A stretch of 64,000 nt of DNA from a virus. The translations under genes were made by a program, and so were the position numbers. Numbering within the stretch: position 1 is the first letter of the stretch; every line of letters begins with the position of its first letter. Under the pieces are notes generated by a model. It was not told the DNA's origin, ran no database searches, and was given only the letters and a program-made list of their open reading frames with translations. The DNA lies in IMG/VR virus record IMGVR_UViG_3300005613_000020, positions 1-64,000 of that record. One strand, 5' to 3'. Positions 39,982-50,765 of this stretch are shown here, piece by piece.

Positions 39982-41203
39982 AACGTACCTTCCTTAGATC
40001 AACTGCTAATTCTCTCTTAATTCCCTCAGAAATCCTAGAACCAACCTGATCAAGATCAATCATAGTATGTGCTGTAACAGTAACAGGAGCTTGTATCAGC
40101 ATGTTTCCAAGCTCACCCTTCATCATCTTTGCGTTTTCCGCTGCTGGAATAATCCTTTCTCCCTTGTGTACCATAGCAGGTCCTGTGTTTGGTACATACG
40201 GAGTACCCTTCTGGAACCAGTTACCTGGCCAAGCTTTCTTAAGTCCGCTAGTTACAGCTCCTCCTATATTCTTTCCTATATTTCCTACCTTACCTACAAC
40301 GTTCTTTACAGAATTGAATATTTTTACTATGAAATTCTTAACTGTGGTAATCACAGTTTTGATTTTATTCATAGTATTTTTTATGGTTCCCTTAAGGAAG
40401 TTCCATATTGATGTCATTACACCTTTGAGTTTTTCAAATACCTTACCGAATACTCCAAGAATGCGTTTGAGAACTCCCCCTATAAAATTCCATACTTTCT
40501 TCTGAATATCCCACAAGAAACCTAGAACTTTACCAACAAAGCTTAATGCCTCAAATATCTTTCCAACTATCCACTCAAATATCTTTCCTAAAAATCCACT
40601 TACTGCTTCTATTACTGGTCTAACAAACTCAAGGAACTTGCCAAGAACATTGCTCCAGAATTCAATAGCATATTCAATAAATGGCTGAACAAACTCAACA
40701 AATGCGTTAAGTAACCCCTCCATGGGTTTGTATAGCAAATTCAATAACTCTACGGCGAAATTCAAAAACGGCATAAGTACAGTAAGAAGCATACCAATGA
40801 GCTTCCCAAGAGGTGTTGCCCATGCCCTAAAGTTTTTAGTTAATATTTCTATTAATGGCCACAGCATTTGGAGGAGCGGTATTAATATGGGGATAAGTGG
40901 CATTAGTAGAAGATCAACAGCAGCTGATAGTATATCGGTAAGAACCTTGAATGTAGTGGAAAATATAACTGATCCATGCAATGCTTTCATCACTGTACCG
41001 ATGATTCCAGCAATCCCGAGAAACTTACCAGCCATCTTAGCGATTCCGCCGATACCCTTCTTCATGGATTTGGCGTCTTTCCTAGTCTCAGATCCGCCTA
41101 TTCCAGAAATTCCTGCTCCTTGACCTGCTCCTACACCTTCAGCTCCCCCAGCTGACTGCATTAGAACATCAATACTTATAGTTCCGCTTACTTCATCTGC
41201 CAT
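39968..41203 (-). CDS. tape measure protein (short, 411 aa)
   Basis: Amphipathic W/F-spaced helical repeats; FQKGTPYVP...AMVHKGERIIPA C-terminal motif. Confidence 0.85.
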   Translation of the reverse strand: MADEVSGTISIDVLMQSAGGAEGVGAGQGAGISGIGGSETRKDAKSMKKGIGGIAKMAGKFLGIAGIIGTVMKALHGSVIFSTTFKVLTDILSAAVDLLLMPLIPILIPLLQMLWPLIEILTKNFRAWATPLGKLIGMLLTVLMPFLNFAVELLNLLYKPMEGLLNAFVEFVQPFIEYAIEFWSNVLGKFLEFVRPVIEAVSGFLGKIFEWIVGKIFEALSFVGKVLGFLWDIQKKVWNFIGGVLKRILGVFGKVFEKLKGVMTSIWNFLKGTIKNTMNKIKTVITTVKNFIVKIFNSVKNVVGKVGNIGKNIGGAVTSGLKKAWPGNWFQKGTPYVPNTGPAMVHKGERIIPAAENAKMMKGELGNMLIQAPVTVTAHTMIDLDQVGSRISEGIKRELAVDLRKVRFGQY

Positions 41204-41205
41204 AA

Positions 41206-41753
41206 CTAGCTATCTTCAGGCATTTCAGCCTTTCTTATTTCGTCTAAGATCGTCTTAAAACGAAGTATTCTCTTTGTCGTCATTCGGTCAAACATGTCTA
41301 AAGGAAATCCATTACGGATCAAGTCAACCTGGATTATCTCCATTATTGCTTGCGCGTCTTCCGTGTTGACGACTTTGCCTTTGATGACCCTGTTGACCTG
41401 CTTTCGAAAAAATCTTGCTCCTCCTCAGAACCAAACATGGAAGATGGGTGAGGAATATGCTCTTCTAGAAGTTGCCCAAACTCTGGCTTTATCTGCTTCA
41501 ATACCACGCCAGTATCAGCTAAATTCCAAGGAGTTTCCGTGAGTAATGCCTTAAGAGTCAATTCGTTATATTTCTCAACATTGAACTTCACTTTCCCATT
41601 GTTAGAAGGATCAATTTCCATTACTTCACTAAGTATGCTGTTAATCTTTGACCATGTTAGTTCCCTTTTCTTGAATTTCCATGTCTGTCCGCCAAAATCA
41701 ATGGAAAACTCCTCATCTTCACCGCCTACACAAATCGATGCTATATCTTGCAT
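41206..41753 (-). CDS. tail assembly chaperone G (41343-41753) and GT via programmed -1 frameshift
   Basis: Slippery T-TTT-TTC at 41412-41406; the -1 frame is open to TAG 41206, 2 nt before the TMP start. Confidence 0.8.
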
Positions 41754-41804
41754 TCTATCCCTCCTTAAACTTTACTTGTTCTATTCCCGCAGCCCATTCT
41801 TTAT

Positions 41805-43115
41805 CTATGCATATACCCCAACGGAATCTACTACCACGATTTCTGTACTCCTACAAATTATATCTAGAGGAATATTAACCAATGGAGAATCCGCAATCGC
41901 ATGAGGAGCATTTCGTATCAAACATCCCATAGCGTCTCCTCCTATAGCGGGAGCACTAGGGGGAGTTGTAATAGTAATAGTATCATTTGCCCCTCTTGTC
42001 AGAACTAGTTGTACTTGGAATCCCTTGTACACGCTAGTATAATCACCCTGTCTCAAAAGATCCAAAAATAGGCTAGCGTCTTCTATATCAATACTAACCG
42101 ATAAACCATATTCTTTCCTTCCAGGAATTAGCTCATAAGGAACTCTATGAGATCCTACATCATCTGTAACGTAGTATTTAGGCTCTACCGCGTTGCTGAT
42201 ATCTAGCTTAAACTCAGTTACTCTAGCAAATTCTGTTCCTGCAAGAGTAAGAACCCCGTAGGAAAAGTAGTAAGGTTCTGTAGTAGGACAATCAATTGTA
42301 GGCTTTACGATATCCGACGTGTACCATGGGGAAACATCGGTAGCATCCTTATCCTTATAACGCATGTCTCTAGCCTGTAAATCGTCAATACCAAAAGTTA
42401 CAATTTCTCCCTGTCCAGCTGTAATTGAAGCCCTACTAACTTTGCACCCAACATATCGTCTCTGCAAACTAGAATTTCCGTCTGTATCAACATATGTTGT
42501 GTCAATTTGGATTGGTTTTAGATGTACTGACTCAATTGCAGTATGGGTAAATGGGGCTTCAACTTCGTTGCAAGTTTCCCCTGTTAGATGATCATTAGAT
42601 AATGGATAATTTAGAACTAAAGTAGTAGTACCCCCACCAGAACTAATCTGTCTAACCTCTGCATTATCACCAGTGCCAATCTGAATATAGTCATCATCAG
42701 CGTAATCAGTACCAGAAACAACTGTAATTGATGCGACCCCTCTCGCATGGGCTCCGTTTAGAGTTGATCCACCTCCTCCAACAACATCAGTTCCTACAGA
42801 TTTAAGTGAACCTATTGGAAGATACAAAGGCATACCATTAAGTAGTGTAATATCTCCAATAGAACCACTAAATGCAACCTTTCCTTTATGGGTAATAAAC
42901 CAATTTCTCTTGGAATTTTCACCATAAGCCCACTTTGATGTAAAATCAAACTCTGGGTCTGGTAATGTAGCTGACTCAAAAATACCAAAAATCCTAGTCA
43001 TATAGTCTTCGTCAACTACTCTGTCTGCTGTCTCTACTCCGCTATGAAGTGAACCATCATCAAAAAATTGCTGTCCGTACGACAGGCTCCACATTTCTCC
43101 ACGTATCAACGCCAT
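41805..43115 (-). CDS. major tail (tube) protein with inserted accessory domain
   Basis: Position before the chaperone; GCKVSRASIT, FKLDISN, PGRKEY tube-like motifs. Confidence 0.75.
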   Translation of the reverse strand: MALIRGEMWSLSYGQQFFDDGSLHSGVETADRVVDEDYMTRIFGIFESATLPDPEFDFTSKWAYGENSKRNWFITHKGKVAFSGSIGDITLLNGMPLYLPIGSLKSVGTDVVGGGGSTLNGAHARGVASITVVSGTDYADDDYIQIGTGDNAEVRQISSGGGTTTLVLNYPLSNDHLTGETCNEVEAPFTHTAIESVHLKPIQIDTTYVDTDGNSSLQRRYVGCKVSRASITAGQGEIVTFGIDDLQARDMRYKDKDATDVSPWYTSDIVKPTIDCPTTEPYYFSYGVLTLAGTEFARVTEFKLDISNAVEPKYYVTDDVGSHRVPYELIPGRKEYGLSVSIDIEDASLFLDLLRQGDYTSVYKGFQVQLVLTRGANDTITITTPPSAPAIGGDAMGCLIRNAPHAIADSPLVNIPLDIICRSTEIVVVDSVGVYA

Positions 43116-43250
43116 TCTTGTTTCCTCCTACGTCTTTTATCAGACTTTGGTTTATTTTCTTTGTGAATCTTATGCTTATATCCTTCCTCTTTATCCCTTT
43201 TACGTTCCCTCTTTTGCCACTTATCTATCCTCATAATCCTCCAAATTTAT

Positions 43251-43718
43251 TTAGGCTCCTCCAGTACACTCAACATATACTCCATTAGATTCTAGTGAAA
43301 CTCTAATATCTCCCTCCCAAACGCGGGCGGTATCGTCTGTAGATTCCATAAAACTAACCATTCTTACAAGCTGAAATTCGTCCATATCGTGCTTGAAGTG
43401 ATAACATATTCTAGTTATCTCCTGCTTCAAATCCCATAATCTTTGGCGACTTTTCATAGTATATATAGTTATCAAAACTGGAATCTTTACATCCTTATAA
43501 GTCCAATTTCCTCTTTGTGTATCCTGCAATCCGGGAGTTTCAACTCTAACAGCACAAACATCTCCCATCTTGAGATTCATCTTAATCTCTTCGTTTGGAG
43601 CTACAAATTGTGGCTTGGGGACTTCATTATTCAACCTTTCATCCCAATTCTCTTCGAGAAAATCCTTGAACGCCTCTTGTGCCCTTGCTTCCGCTGAATA
43701 CGTTTCTTTATATGCCAT
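43251..43718 (-). CDS. tail terminator-like protein
   Basis: Position and size. Confidence 0.55.
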   Translation of the reverse strand: MAYKETYSAEARAQEAFKDFLEENWDERLNNEVPKPQFVAPNEEIKMNLKMGDVCAVRVETPGLQDTQRGNWTYKDVKIPVLITIYTMKSRQRLWDLKQEITRICYHFKHDMDEFQLVRMVSFMESTDDTARVWEGDIRVSLESNGVYVECTGGA

Positions 43719-43739
43719 TTTTCTAAATGCTCAATCCCA

Positions 43740-44849
43740 TCAAATTACGGTAAAGCTCTTCAACAACTCAAGCTTCTCCTCCACCTCTTTGTTAAGCTGC
43801 TCAACCTTAGAACTCATATCCATATGCTCTACACCAGAACTCAGAAGTACAGTATAGTCATTAGAAGTTAATATGTCAATTGCAGCTAGCTTTGTAGCTA
43901 TTTCTCTAACTAACCCACCCTGATAATCAGTATCTAAGTTTCTTCCGTAAATATAACTAACCCTGACAGGAAAGGTAAACTCTCCATAACCCCATCTCCA
44001 CAAAGGCCCTGATACTGCTAATCTTGCTGGAAGAATGAAGAACCTTGAAAAATAGATCATTCCTAGTTCGTCAATATCAAATACCTCTTCGTTTCTCCCT
44101 ACATCATAAACCTCGTACGAGTTTCCATTCCATATCTCAAATGATGTTAGACTCACTATTGGATAGTGTAGAGTCCTAATTCCATATCTATCAAATTGAT
44201 GGTCCTCATGCTCCGCATAGCCATACTTCCACGTCTTGTGAGAATCATAATCAATCCTAGATTCAGCTCTGTTAATTATCTCCTGAACTTGTTCTCTTGA
44301 AGGCGAAGATGTTGCATCAAAATCGATATCGAATTGCAGGTAATTTTTGACTATCGTAGGAGTAGTATACCTACAAATTGGATTAACATATATCTCAGTA
44401 ATAGATGCTACTGTTGTTACTGATGCTGTGCTAACTCTTGTCCAATATCTATATTCCTCGTCTGGTGGAGTTGCTGAATGAGGGGATGTATCAGAGAAAC
44501 TTAGACTACTCCAATCTGCTAGGTACTGGAATCGCTCTCCTCCATTAGTGGAAAAATCATACTCCTCTGGAACCACAAACTCTGTCCAAGATCCTCCATT
44601 AGAGTATTCCCAAGTCATATCTCCATAATTTCCGTTGATAGCTAGCAAGAAAACTGCTAACTCGTATCTTGAAGAATGCCCAAAATACCAATAATCATCA
44701 GCATCATCTAAGAAACTAACATCTGTACCAGTCTTCATGATACTCTTTGTATGGTTAACGTAGGCTCCTCCACTATCGTCCCACTGCCAAACAGCGGAAA
44801 AATGCGGGTAATTTTCCATTTCTACTTGAATTCCATCTACTCTAGGCAT
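43740..44849 (-). CDS. head-tail adaptor with N-terminal extra domain
   Basis: YTTPTIVKNYL...IINRAESRID...VSYIYG...IATKLAAI. Confidence 0.7.
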   Translation of the reverse strand: MPRVDGIQVEMENYPHFSAVWQWDDSGGAYVNHTKSIMKTGTDVSFLDDADDYWYFGHSSRYELAVFLLAINGNYGDMTWEYSNGGSWTEFVVPEEYDFSTNGGERFQYLADWSSLSFSDTSPHSATPPDEEYRYWTRVSTASVTTVASITEIYVNPICRYTTPTIVKNYLQFDIDFDATSSPSREQVQEIINRAESRIDYDSHKTWKYGYAEHEDHQFDRYGIRTLHYPIVSLTSFEIWNGNSYEVYDVGRNEEVFDIDELGMIYFSRFFILPARLAVSGPLWRWGYGEFTFPVRVSYIYGRNLDTDYQGGLVREIATKLAAIDILTSNDYTVLLSSGVEHMDMSSKVEQLNKEVEEKLELLKSFTVI

Positions 44850-44851
44850 AT

Positions 44852-45157
44852 CTACTCTCCATATGTACCTGTAACCATAAAATCATCTTTCTTGATAACG
44901 GTATTACTGCCATCAACACAGGTAGCTGTTGCATGATATTTTCCTAGCACACTATTCTTAACTGTCGTATACAAATATCGGTAACTTCCTGTGGCAAACC
45001 ATGTGAATGAATCCCCATCTACTACTTTGACTCCCCTTGGATCAACTATTGTGATAGTAGGTTCTGAAGCAATGTCAACAAGATTTCCGCTTAAGCTCTT
45101 TGTATATACGATTATCTTTGCAGTTTCCTCTCGTTCATACTCAACTAACGTTGCCAT
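44852..45157 (-). CDS. small Ig-like virion protein
   Basis: TITIVDPRG...TGSYRY...GKY. Confidence 0.55.
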   Translation of the reverse strand: MATLVEYEREETAKIIVYTKSLSGNLVDIASEPTITIVDPRGVKVVDGDSFTWFATGSYRYLYTTVKNSVLGKYHATATCVDGSNTVIKKDDFMVTGTYGE

Positions 45158-45178
45158 TGTCTTTTCCCTCTATTATAT

Positions 45179-45207
45179 ATTATACTCGATTTTACAAAAT
45201 TTCACAA
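45179..45207 (-). promoter_or_regulatory. sigma70-like promoter (TTTTGTAAAA class)
   Basis: TTGTGA-17-TATAAT. Confidence 0.6.
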
Positions 45208-45217
45208 GTTTTTGTTT

Positions 45218-47479
45218 CTACTCCGTTCTGTGGAACTCTAATATAGCTAGAAATTCACTGCTGAATAGTAGCTCCATAGCAAGATACCTATAGAAATCAA
45301 GGACTTCTGTAATGGATTCTGTGTCTGATAAAATCTTAGTAAAGTCCTTATTAACAACCTCGATTAGCGGTAATTCCTCTGCAATTCCCTTTCCTATTCC
45401 TAACACGTTATTATCAGAAAGTGTTATTGAATCAGAAAATACGCTTACCTGTTCCTTTGATATCAACTCTGATATTGATTCATAATCAGATAATTCTCTG
45501 ACAATATCCCAAATAATTACTATCGAGTCTGATAAACTAGTTTGATCGTCTAAGTTAGAGTAGTAGTTCCTAGAACTAGATTCAGATACAGGCATACCTT
45601 CGCTAATATATAGCTTCTTGTTTGATCCATCTACAGCAAATATCTTTGTAAACTCTGCGATATTAAGAATGTCTGACAATGTCTTATACCTAGCAATTCC
45701 AGTTAGACTTACTAATAACTCTGCTATTGATACTGTATCTGATAATGATTTAGTGTGTGGTACACCTGATCCTTCTGGCCAATCTATGTCGCTAGAGCTA
45801 TAAAACCAAATTCCTGCTGGTGAACCTTTTTTTATGTCAGTAAACACAAAAGCATATCCAACATCTGGAATGTTAGGTGAAGGTGATGTTTGAGGATAAT
45901 TACTGTACATAGCAACCGGAACCCAAGGAAGTGATTCTTCATAAACCAAAACTTCTAGTAATTCAGCTGGAGCAGTCCACCATGAAGTGTAAGTAGATGA
46001 ATAGATAGAAGTATACCCTGGTTCTTCGTCATCGGATCTATTGTAAAACACATATAGGTTTCCTGCTCTATCTATAGATGTAGATACCGCAAAGATTCCT
46101 TCGTGCAGATCACATTCTAAAGCAGCATCAATAAATGCTGTCAAAGCCCATACTCCTTCGTATGGTTTTTTGTTGTGTACTAATATGGTCCCTCCACTAA
46201 TATCATACATCCCCCAGACAATATGAATAGTATCATCAGCATCCACTATAACGGAAATTGAAGCAGGAATGTACTCTGTGTCTGCTGGGTTGAAGACTAG
46301 TTCCCCGCTGTCCCAAGAACCATCCCATGTATAATGATATAGCACTTGGAACCCTAATGCTTCCTCTCCTGTTATCAGATGCAAATCTCCTGATGAATCA
46401 AATGCTATAGCAGGTATTGTTGAATCGCTAATATTTATTAGTGGTCTCGTAACTCCCGCTATTTCCGACGAGATAGCTCCCCAAACACCAGCTGCTGATC
46501 TTACTCTATGCCAAACACATAGATCCATAGACGCATTTTCCTGAAACCAAACAACATGTAAGTTATCTGAGTCATCAACAGCTATAGTAGATTCGTAACT
46601 AAAAGTATATGTATCATTATTTACCTCTTCAACGGAATCTAATGATCCTCCTACCTGTCTACGCCGATAATATATAATATCCTCGTCTTCGTCATACCAT
46701 GTTAAATGAAGATTCCTAGAACTATCAATCGCCAATCCAGCAGGGGTTAAATCACCTACAGTGCTAGTAACCATCAAGGAAGAATCCCAAGTACTTCCGC
46801 CATCATCAGACCAAGCAAGGTAGATATCCATAGGGCTATTTCTTCCAAACAACGAATATATTCTCCCATCAACAATATCGTAAACTAATTGTCTGCCTGT
46901 TACTTCGTAGCTTACAGCAGAGGGGTCTTCGTCATTAATATTAACCGCATCATCCCATGTAGGTATGCTATATTCAATAGTTAGTTTTGCTCCATAGCTA
47001 TTATCAAGATAATCCCAAGTTCTAAACTCTCTATAATGACCAGCTACAGCATTCTGGATACTAAACCATAGGATTATACCTCCTCCCGACGAATAATCGT
47101 GTTCAGAATACAACTCACTTATTATAGATTTAACATCCTTTGAAACCCATCCGTTATCCTCGTGACTGCTAAAATTAGACTGTGCGTCTGTCCTGGTTTC
47201 GTTTACGTCAAAAGAAGGATTTACGTCATCGTCTTGACCTTCTATTTTTATGAGTGGATTTCCAGTCTCTGATGACTGGTATACCTGCAAGGTTGCGGAA
47301 TCTATCACTACACCAGCTGGTATAGTTACATCGAATTTTACCCCCATCGCGTAGGCATCAGCATATAGGGGGGTTCTTCCCATTCTAGCATCAGTTATTG
47401 TATAGTCATAAGAAGGTGTAGAAACATAACATTCTACATCATCGTTACTCTCGTTTACTTGATAATTTAACGTAGGCAT
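45218..47479 (-). CDS. virion protein: N-terminal beta-sandwich + beta-propeller + K-x-L-S-D stalk repeats
   Basis: IDSATLQVY, Asp-box SDDGGSTW, repeated IAxDxxxxLHxxW blades. Confidence 0.65.
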   Translation of the reverse strand: MPTLNYQVNESNDDVECYVSTPSYDYTITDARMGRTPLYADAYAMGVKFDVTIPAGVVIDSATLQVYQSSETGNPLIKIEGQDDDVNPSFDVNETRTDAQSNFSSHEDNGWVSKDVKSIISELYSEHDYSSGGGIILWFSIQNAVAGHYREFRTWDYLDNSYGAKLTIEYSIPTWDDAVNINDEDPSAVSYEVTGRQLVYDIVDGRIYSLFGRNSPMDIYLAWSDDGGSTWDSSLMVTSTVGDLTPAGLAIDSSRNLHLTWYDEDEDIIYYRRRQVGGSLDSVEEVNNDTYTFSYESTIAVDDSDNLHVVWFQENASMDLCVWHRVRSAAGVWGAISSEIAGVTRPLINISDSTIPAIAFDSSGDLHLITGEEALGFQVLYHYTWDGSWDSGELVFNPADTEYIPASISVIVDADDTIHIVWGMYDISGGTILVHNKKPYEGVWALTAFIDAALECDLHEGIFAVSTSIDRAGNLYVFYNRSDDEEPGYTSIYSSTYTSWWTAPAELLEVLVYEESLPWVPVAMYSNYPQTSPSPNIPDVGYAFVFTDIKKGSPAGIWFYSSSDIDWPEGSGVPHTKSLSDTVSIAELLVSLTGIARYKTLSDILNIAEFTKIFAVDGSNKKLYISEGMPVSESSSRNYYSNLDDQTSLSDSIVIIWDIVRELSDYESISELISKEQVSVFSDSITLSDNNVLGIGKGIAEELPLIEVVNKDFTKILSDTESITEVLDFYRYLAMELLFSSEFLAILEFHRTE

Positions 47480-48135
47480 AATAAGTCCTTAATTTCATCC
47501 AAATTACCAACGTGCAAGCTTGCGTGACAAGAACGGCACATGGTAACTAGGTTATGCTCCATGCAATTTTTCTTATTTTCGTCCTTATGGTGGACGCATA
47601 GTTGGTGGTTCCTTCCACAAACACTGCACTTATACCCGTCTCGACTCAAAATTGATTTCTTAAGCTCGTTGTTCCATTCATCTGGGTATTCATTACTGCT
47701 AATTCCGCCCTTCCAATTCCAATGATTTTCCCCTCTTTGCAACTCTAGATCAATTCGATTTCCCTTCATAACCTCAACCAAATCTGGCCTAGGCTTTCCA
47801 TTTGCTACATGTCCAATAGCATATTTCTTTTCCCTGCCTCGATTGTCATATCTGCGAATTAAAGTTCCGCAACCACATTCGCATTTCTTTTCCTCGTTGC
47901 TATGCCGATTGGGATTGTGATCTGGCCTTCTTGTCACATCTCTATTTGCATTATAACATTTGAAGGAACAATATTTAGGTTTACCACCAAATCTAGTATT
48001 ACGATTAAACGCCTTACTGCAACCAGCACAAATTACTTCTACTGGACGCTTTAACAAACCCTTATTAGCACAGGCTTTGGAACAATAGGTCAAACCGTAC
48101 CATTCCAAAGCGTTACCACATGTCTTGCAAACCAT
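47467..48135 (-). CDS. free-standing HNH homing endonuclease
   Basis: YCSxxC repeats, CECGCG, NWKGG, HHKDENKKN...NLVTMCRSCH. Confidence 0.9.
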   Translation of the reverse strand: MVCKTCGNALEWYGLTYCSKACANKGLLKRPVEVICAGCSKAFNRNTRFGGKPKYCSFKCYNANRDVTRRPDHNPNRHSNEEKKCECGCGTLIRRYDNRGREKKYAIGHVANGKPRPDLVEVMKGNRIDLELQRGENHWNWKGGISSNEYPDEWNNELKKSILSRDGYKCSVCGRNHQLCVHHKDENKKNCMEHNLVTMCRSCHASLHVGNLDEIKDLLCLR

Positions 48136-48156
48136 AATTAAGTCATCTACGTAGGT

Positions 48157-48618
48157 CTACGACGAACCTGCGGAGAGGGTCCACGTAATCTGCAAAGTAT
48201 CTCCAGCTGCCTTATTGATAACTGCAAACGTAGAGTAAAGTAGTATAGTCCCAGCTGAAGGATCGTTGAAAATTCCTGCTTCTGTAATAGCTCCAGTACC
48301 ATCACCAGCCGCCCAGTCAGCAATGTAAATTACATCGTTGTCGTCAGCTCCAGCTCCTTGATTAAAGCTAGTAAGTGCATTTCTATCAAGTTCTGTAGCT
48401 AGAGCCGTAACTGCTGTACCGAGACCTGAATTGTCTCCCGTTCCAATGGCCATATGGCTCATAGGAGATTCATCAGGGACTTCTGACAACTGATCAGCAA
48501 TATGAGCATCTCCAACAGCAGCTACTGTATTATGAAGCTCCCTTACTTCTTTTATCTTTCCGTCTGGACCCCTTAGTACGATCTTAACATTGTCCTTAAC
48601 CTTCGCTCCATCCTTCAT
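48157..48618 (-). CDS. virion structural protein (fibre-base type)
   Basis: MAIGTG...ITEAGIFN...GDTLQITW. Confidence 0.7.
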   Translation of the reverse strand: MKDGAKVKDNVKIVLRGPDGKIKEVRELHNTVAAVGDAHIADQLSEVPDESPMSHMAIGTGDNSGLGTAVTALATELDRNALTSFNQGAGADDNDVIYIADWAAGDGTGAITEAGIFNDPSAGTILLYSTFAVINKAAGDTLQITWTLSAGSS

Positions 48619-49144
48619 TATTACCTCCCTTATGTACTAGGCTCGTTATTTTGCCTAGTTTTTCCGACACTAATTTCCTAATAACCATAACTGCTTTATC
48701 TTCTACTGGCTTAACAATTTTATCGGTTTGCTTCCTCGGTACAAACAGGAATATAAATAGGAAAGCGAATATAACTAATTGCATAATTAATCCCCATTCG
48801 GTTGCAAACCACGTTGGCCAAAACCATTTATGGTGCAGCCCTTGGGTACAATTCCATCCGGTTATAAAGAATAGTGCCCACTCAAAATCTGGTAACACCC
48901 CAAATAACATTCCCAACCAATATTTCTTTGCTTTTATTGCTAGGAATATTGACAATATAATACTAATAGAGATTACTGCTCCTGTTAACTCGGCGTCCAT
49001 AGGGCCATGGAACAGTGTATATTTTCCATAGTTAAAAGAATCAAGGAAAAAATGCGACGCAAAAGCAAACGGTATTGTTAGATACCATCTACGGCTAGCC
49101 TTATCAATTATGGCCCCAGCCATCATATGAACTGGCATAAACAT
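48596..49144 (-). CDS. membrane-embedded putative metal-dependent hydrolase
   Basis: HxxxG, SHFFLD, GVLPD, HH motifs within TM helices. Confidence 0.55.
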   Translation of the reverse strand: MFMPVHMMAGAIIDKASRRWYLTIPFAFASHFFLDSFNYGKYTLFHGPMDAELTGAVISISIILSIFLAIKAKKYWLGMLFGVLPDFEWALFFITGWNCTQGLHHKWFWPTWFATEWGLIMQLVIFAFLFIFLFVPRKQTDKIVKPVEDKAVMVIRKLVSEKLGKITSLVHKGGNNEGWSEG

Positions 49145-49471
49145 AATTCAGTCTTCAACCCTCGCATAAATAATATCAGAAGATGTCTGGTTAATCATTC
49201 TCACAAATGAACTACTTCCAATATTTTGTTTCTTGTCTTTATCTATCCTCTTGGTCTTCTTCTGTTTTGCCATATACTATATCCATCTTATTTGAAAACA
49301 TAATCTCAATAGCTGTCTCTTCTTTTATATTCGTTTTTTCTGATCTCTTAAAGAAAGCAAGAAATCTTTTACCTAACCGAGTATGGGAAGCCCTTGTATA
49401 GAAAGCTAATAGTACCAAACCACCGGCTATTCCCAAAACAGTTATTAAATCGTTCATTTCTGCTTCGTGCA

Positions 49472-50749
49472 TTATATCAATCCCGTTACTACGACCTTTG
49501 CTGCGGATGACCCCGGTTGTCCTGTTGGCGGGGTAGCCCCAGATCCATATATACTTATTGTATCACCACTGTAAAATACATAAGAATGTGTTCCAGTGAA
49601 CAAATCACCTGCTGCATTGTAAGCGCCAGCAGATCCCACTTTAGCCATCTCTAGGTTGCCGGAACTGTGGTAACAACCCAAAAGATCGCCGACAGTAACT
49701 GAGATACTTAATCCTGTGAATGTTCTAACTGCCCCCGCTGCAACCGTACCTAATACCGCAAAAGACCTACACGTATAAGAACCGGAAGATCCATAAAAAG
49801 TACCTGTTTTAAGCCCGCCTGCATCAGCAAATGCATAAACCTGTATTGTACTGATAATTCCTGTTTCATTCGCCGGGTTATCCACCAATACAGATGTTCC
49901 TCCAGGAAAAGTATAGCTCGCTCTATTTATAGCTGGTGACCCAATATCAATAGAAGACATTATATTTTCTTAGTTTCTGCCTTTTTCTCTATTTTGTCTT
50001 GTACCTCAATTCCAACCCAATCTGATTGCTTCTCATCAAGATACTCCCAAGATGATTTTACCTTGGATAGATGGCTTAGCATTATTTTTTGCAAGTCGTT
50101 TAAAGTTGATGTCGGAGTAACTTTTACAAAATGTGTGTTACATGGCGTATCCTCGCCATCGACTACATAATCCTCATAGTGGGGCTCACCGATTTCCAAA
50201 TAAACATCAAATCTTACCTGTAGTTTATCCGCGAGAAAGTCAACATCTGTAATAACAGCTCTCATTTATTACCTCCTATTCTGTCCACTCAACTACTAAT
50301 CCAACTTGAACACTATAGAATACTAAACTATCACTATCTACGCTGGCTTCATCCCATTGTAGATCATAAGTTCCATTGCCAGTTACCTCGCCCTTCACAT
50401 CCACATTCCCCATTACAACATCCCCCCCATCGGTTGTTGATCCGTCAACTTGGATATCGTCGTCAAGAAAATTGATAGCATCGGTCCAAGATCCTGCTAC
50501 GGTTTCTTTTACCTGTATTTCTTGAGCCCCATTAAGTTTATTGCCGGCGGCATTGGTATTCTCAACCTTCCTGTACTTAAATATTGCTCTTACTCTATCA
50601 ATATTAGCATAGCTCGGCAATCCAGAAACTGTAACACTCAATAAAGCAACATCTGATGCAGCATTGTTTACAGTTATACTAGCTTGTGATCCGGTACACC
50701 AAAATGGTTTTGATTTAGGTATCCTCTTACGCGGTCTTGAAACTGGCAT
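49472..50749 (-). CDS. three small virion-associated proteins (49472-49960, 49960-50265, 50276-50749)
   Basis: Operonic, beta-rich. Confidence 0.55.
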
Positions 50750-50765
50750 AATTCACCTTCCTTTA

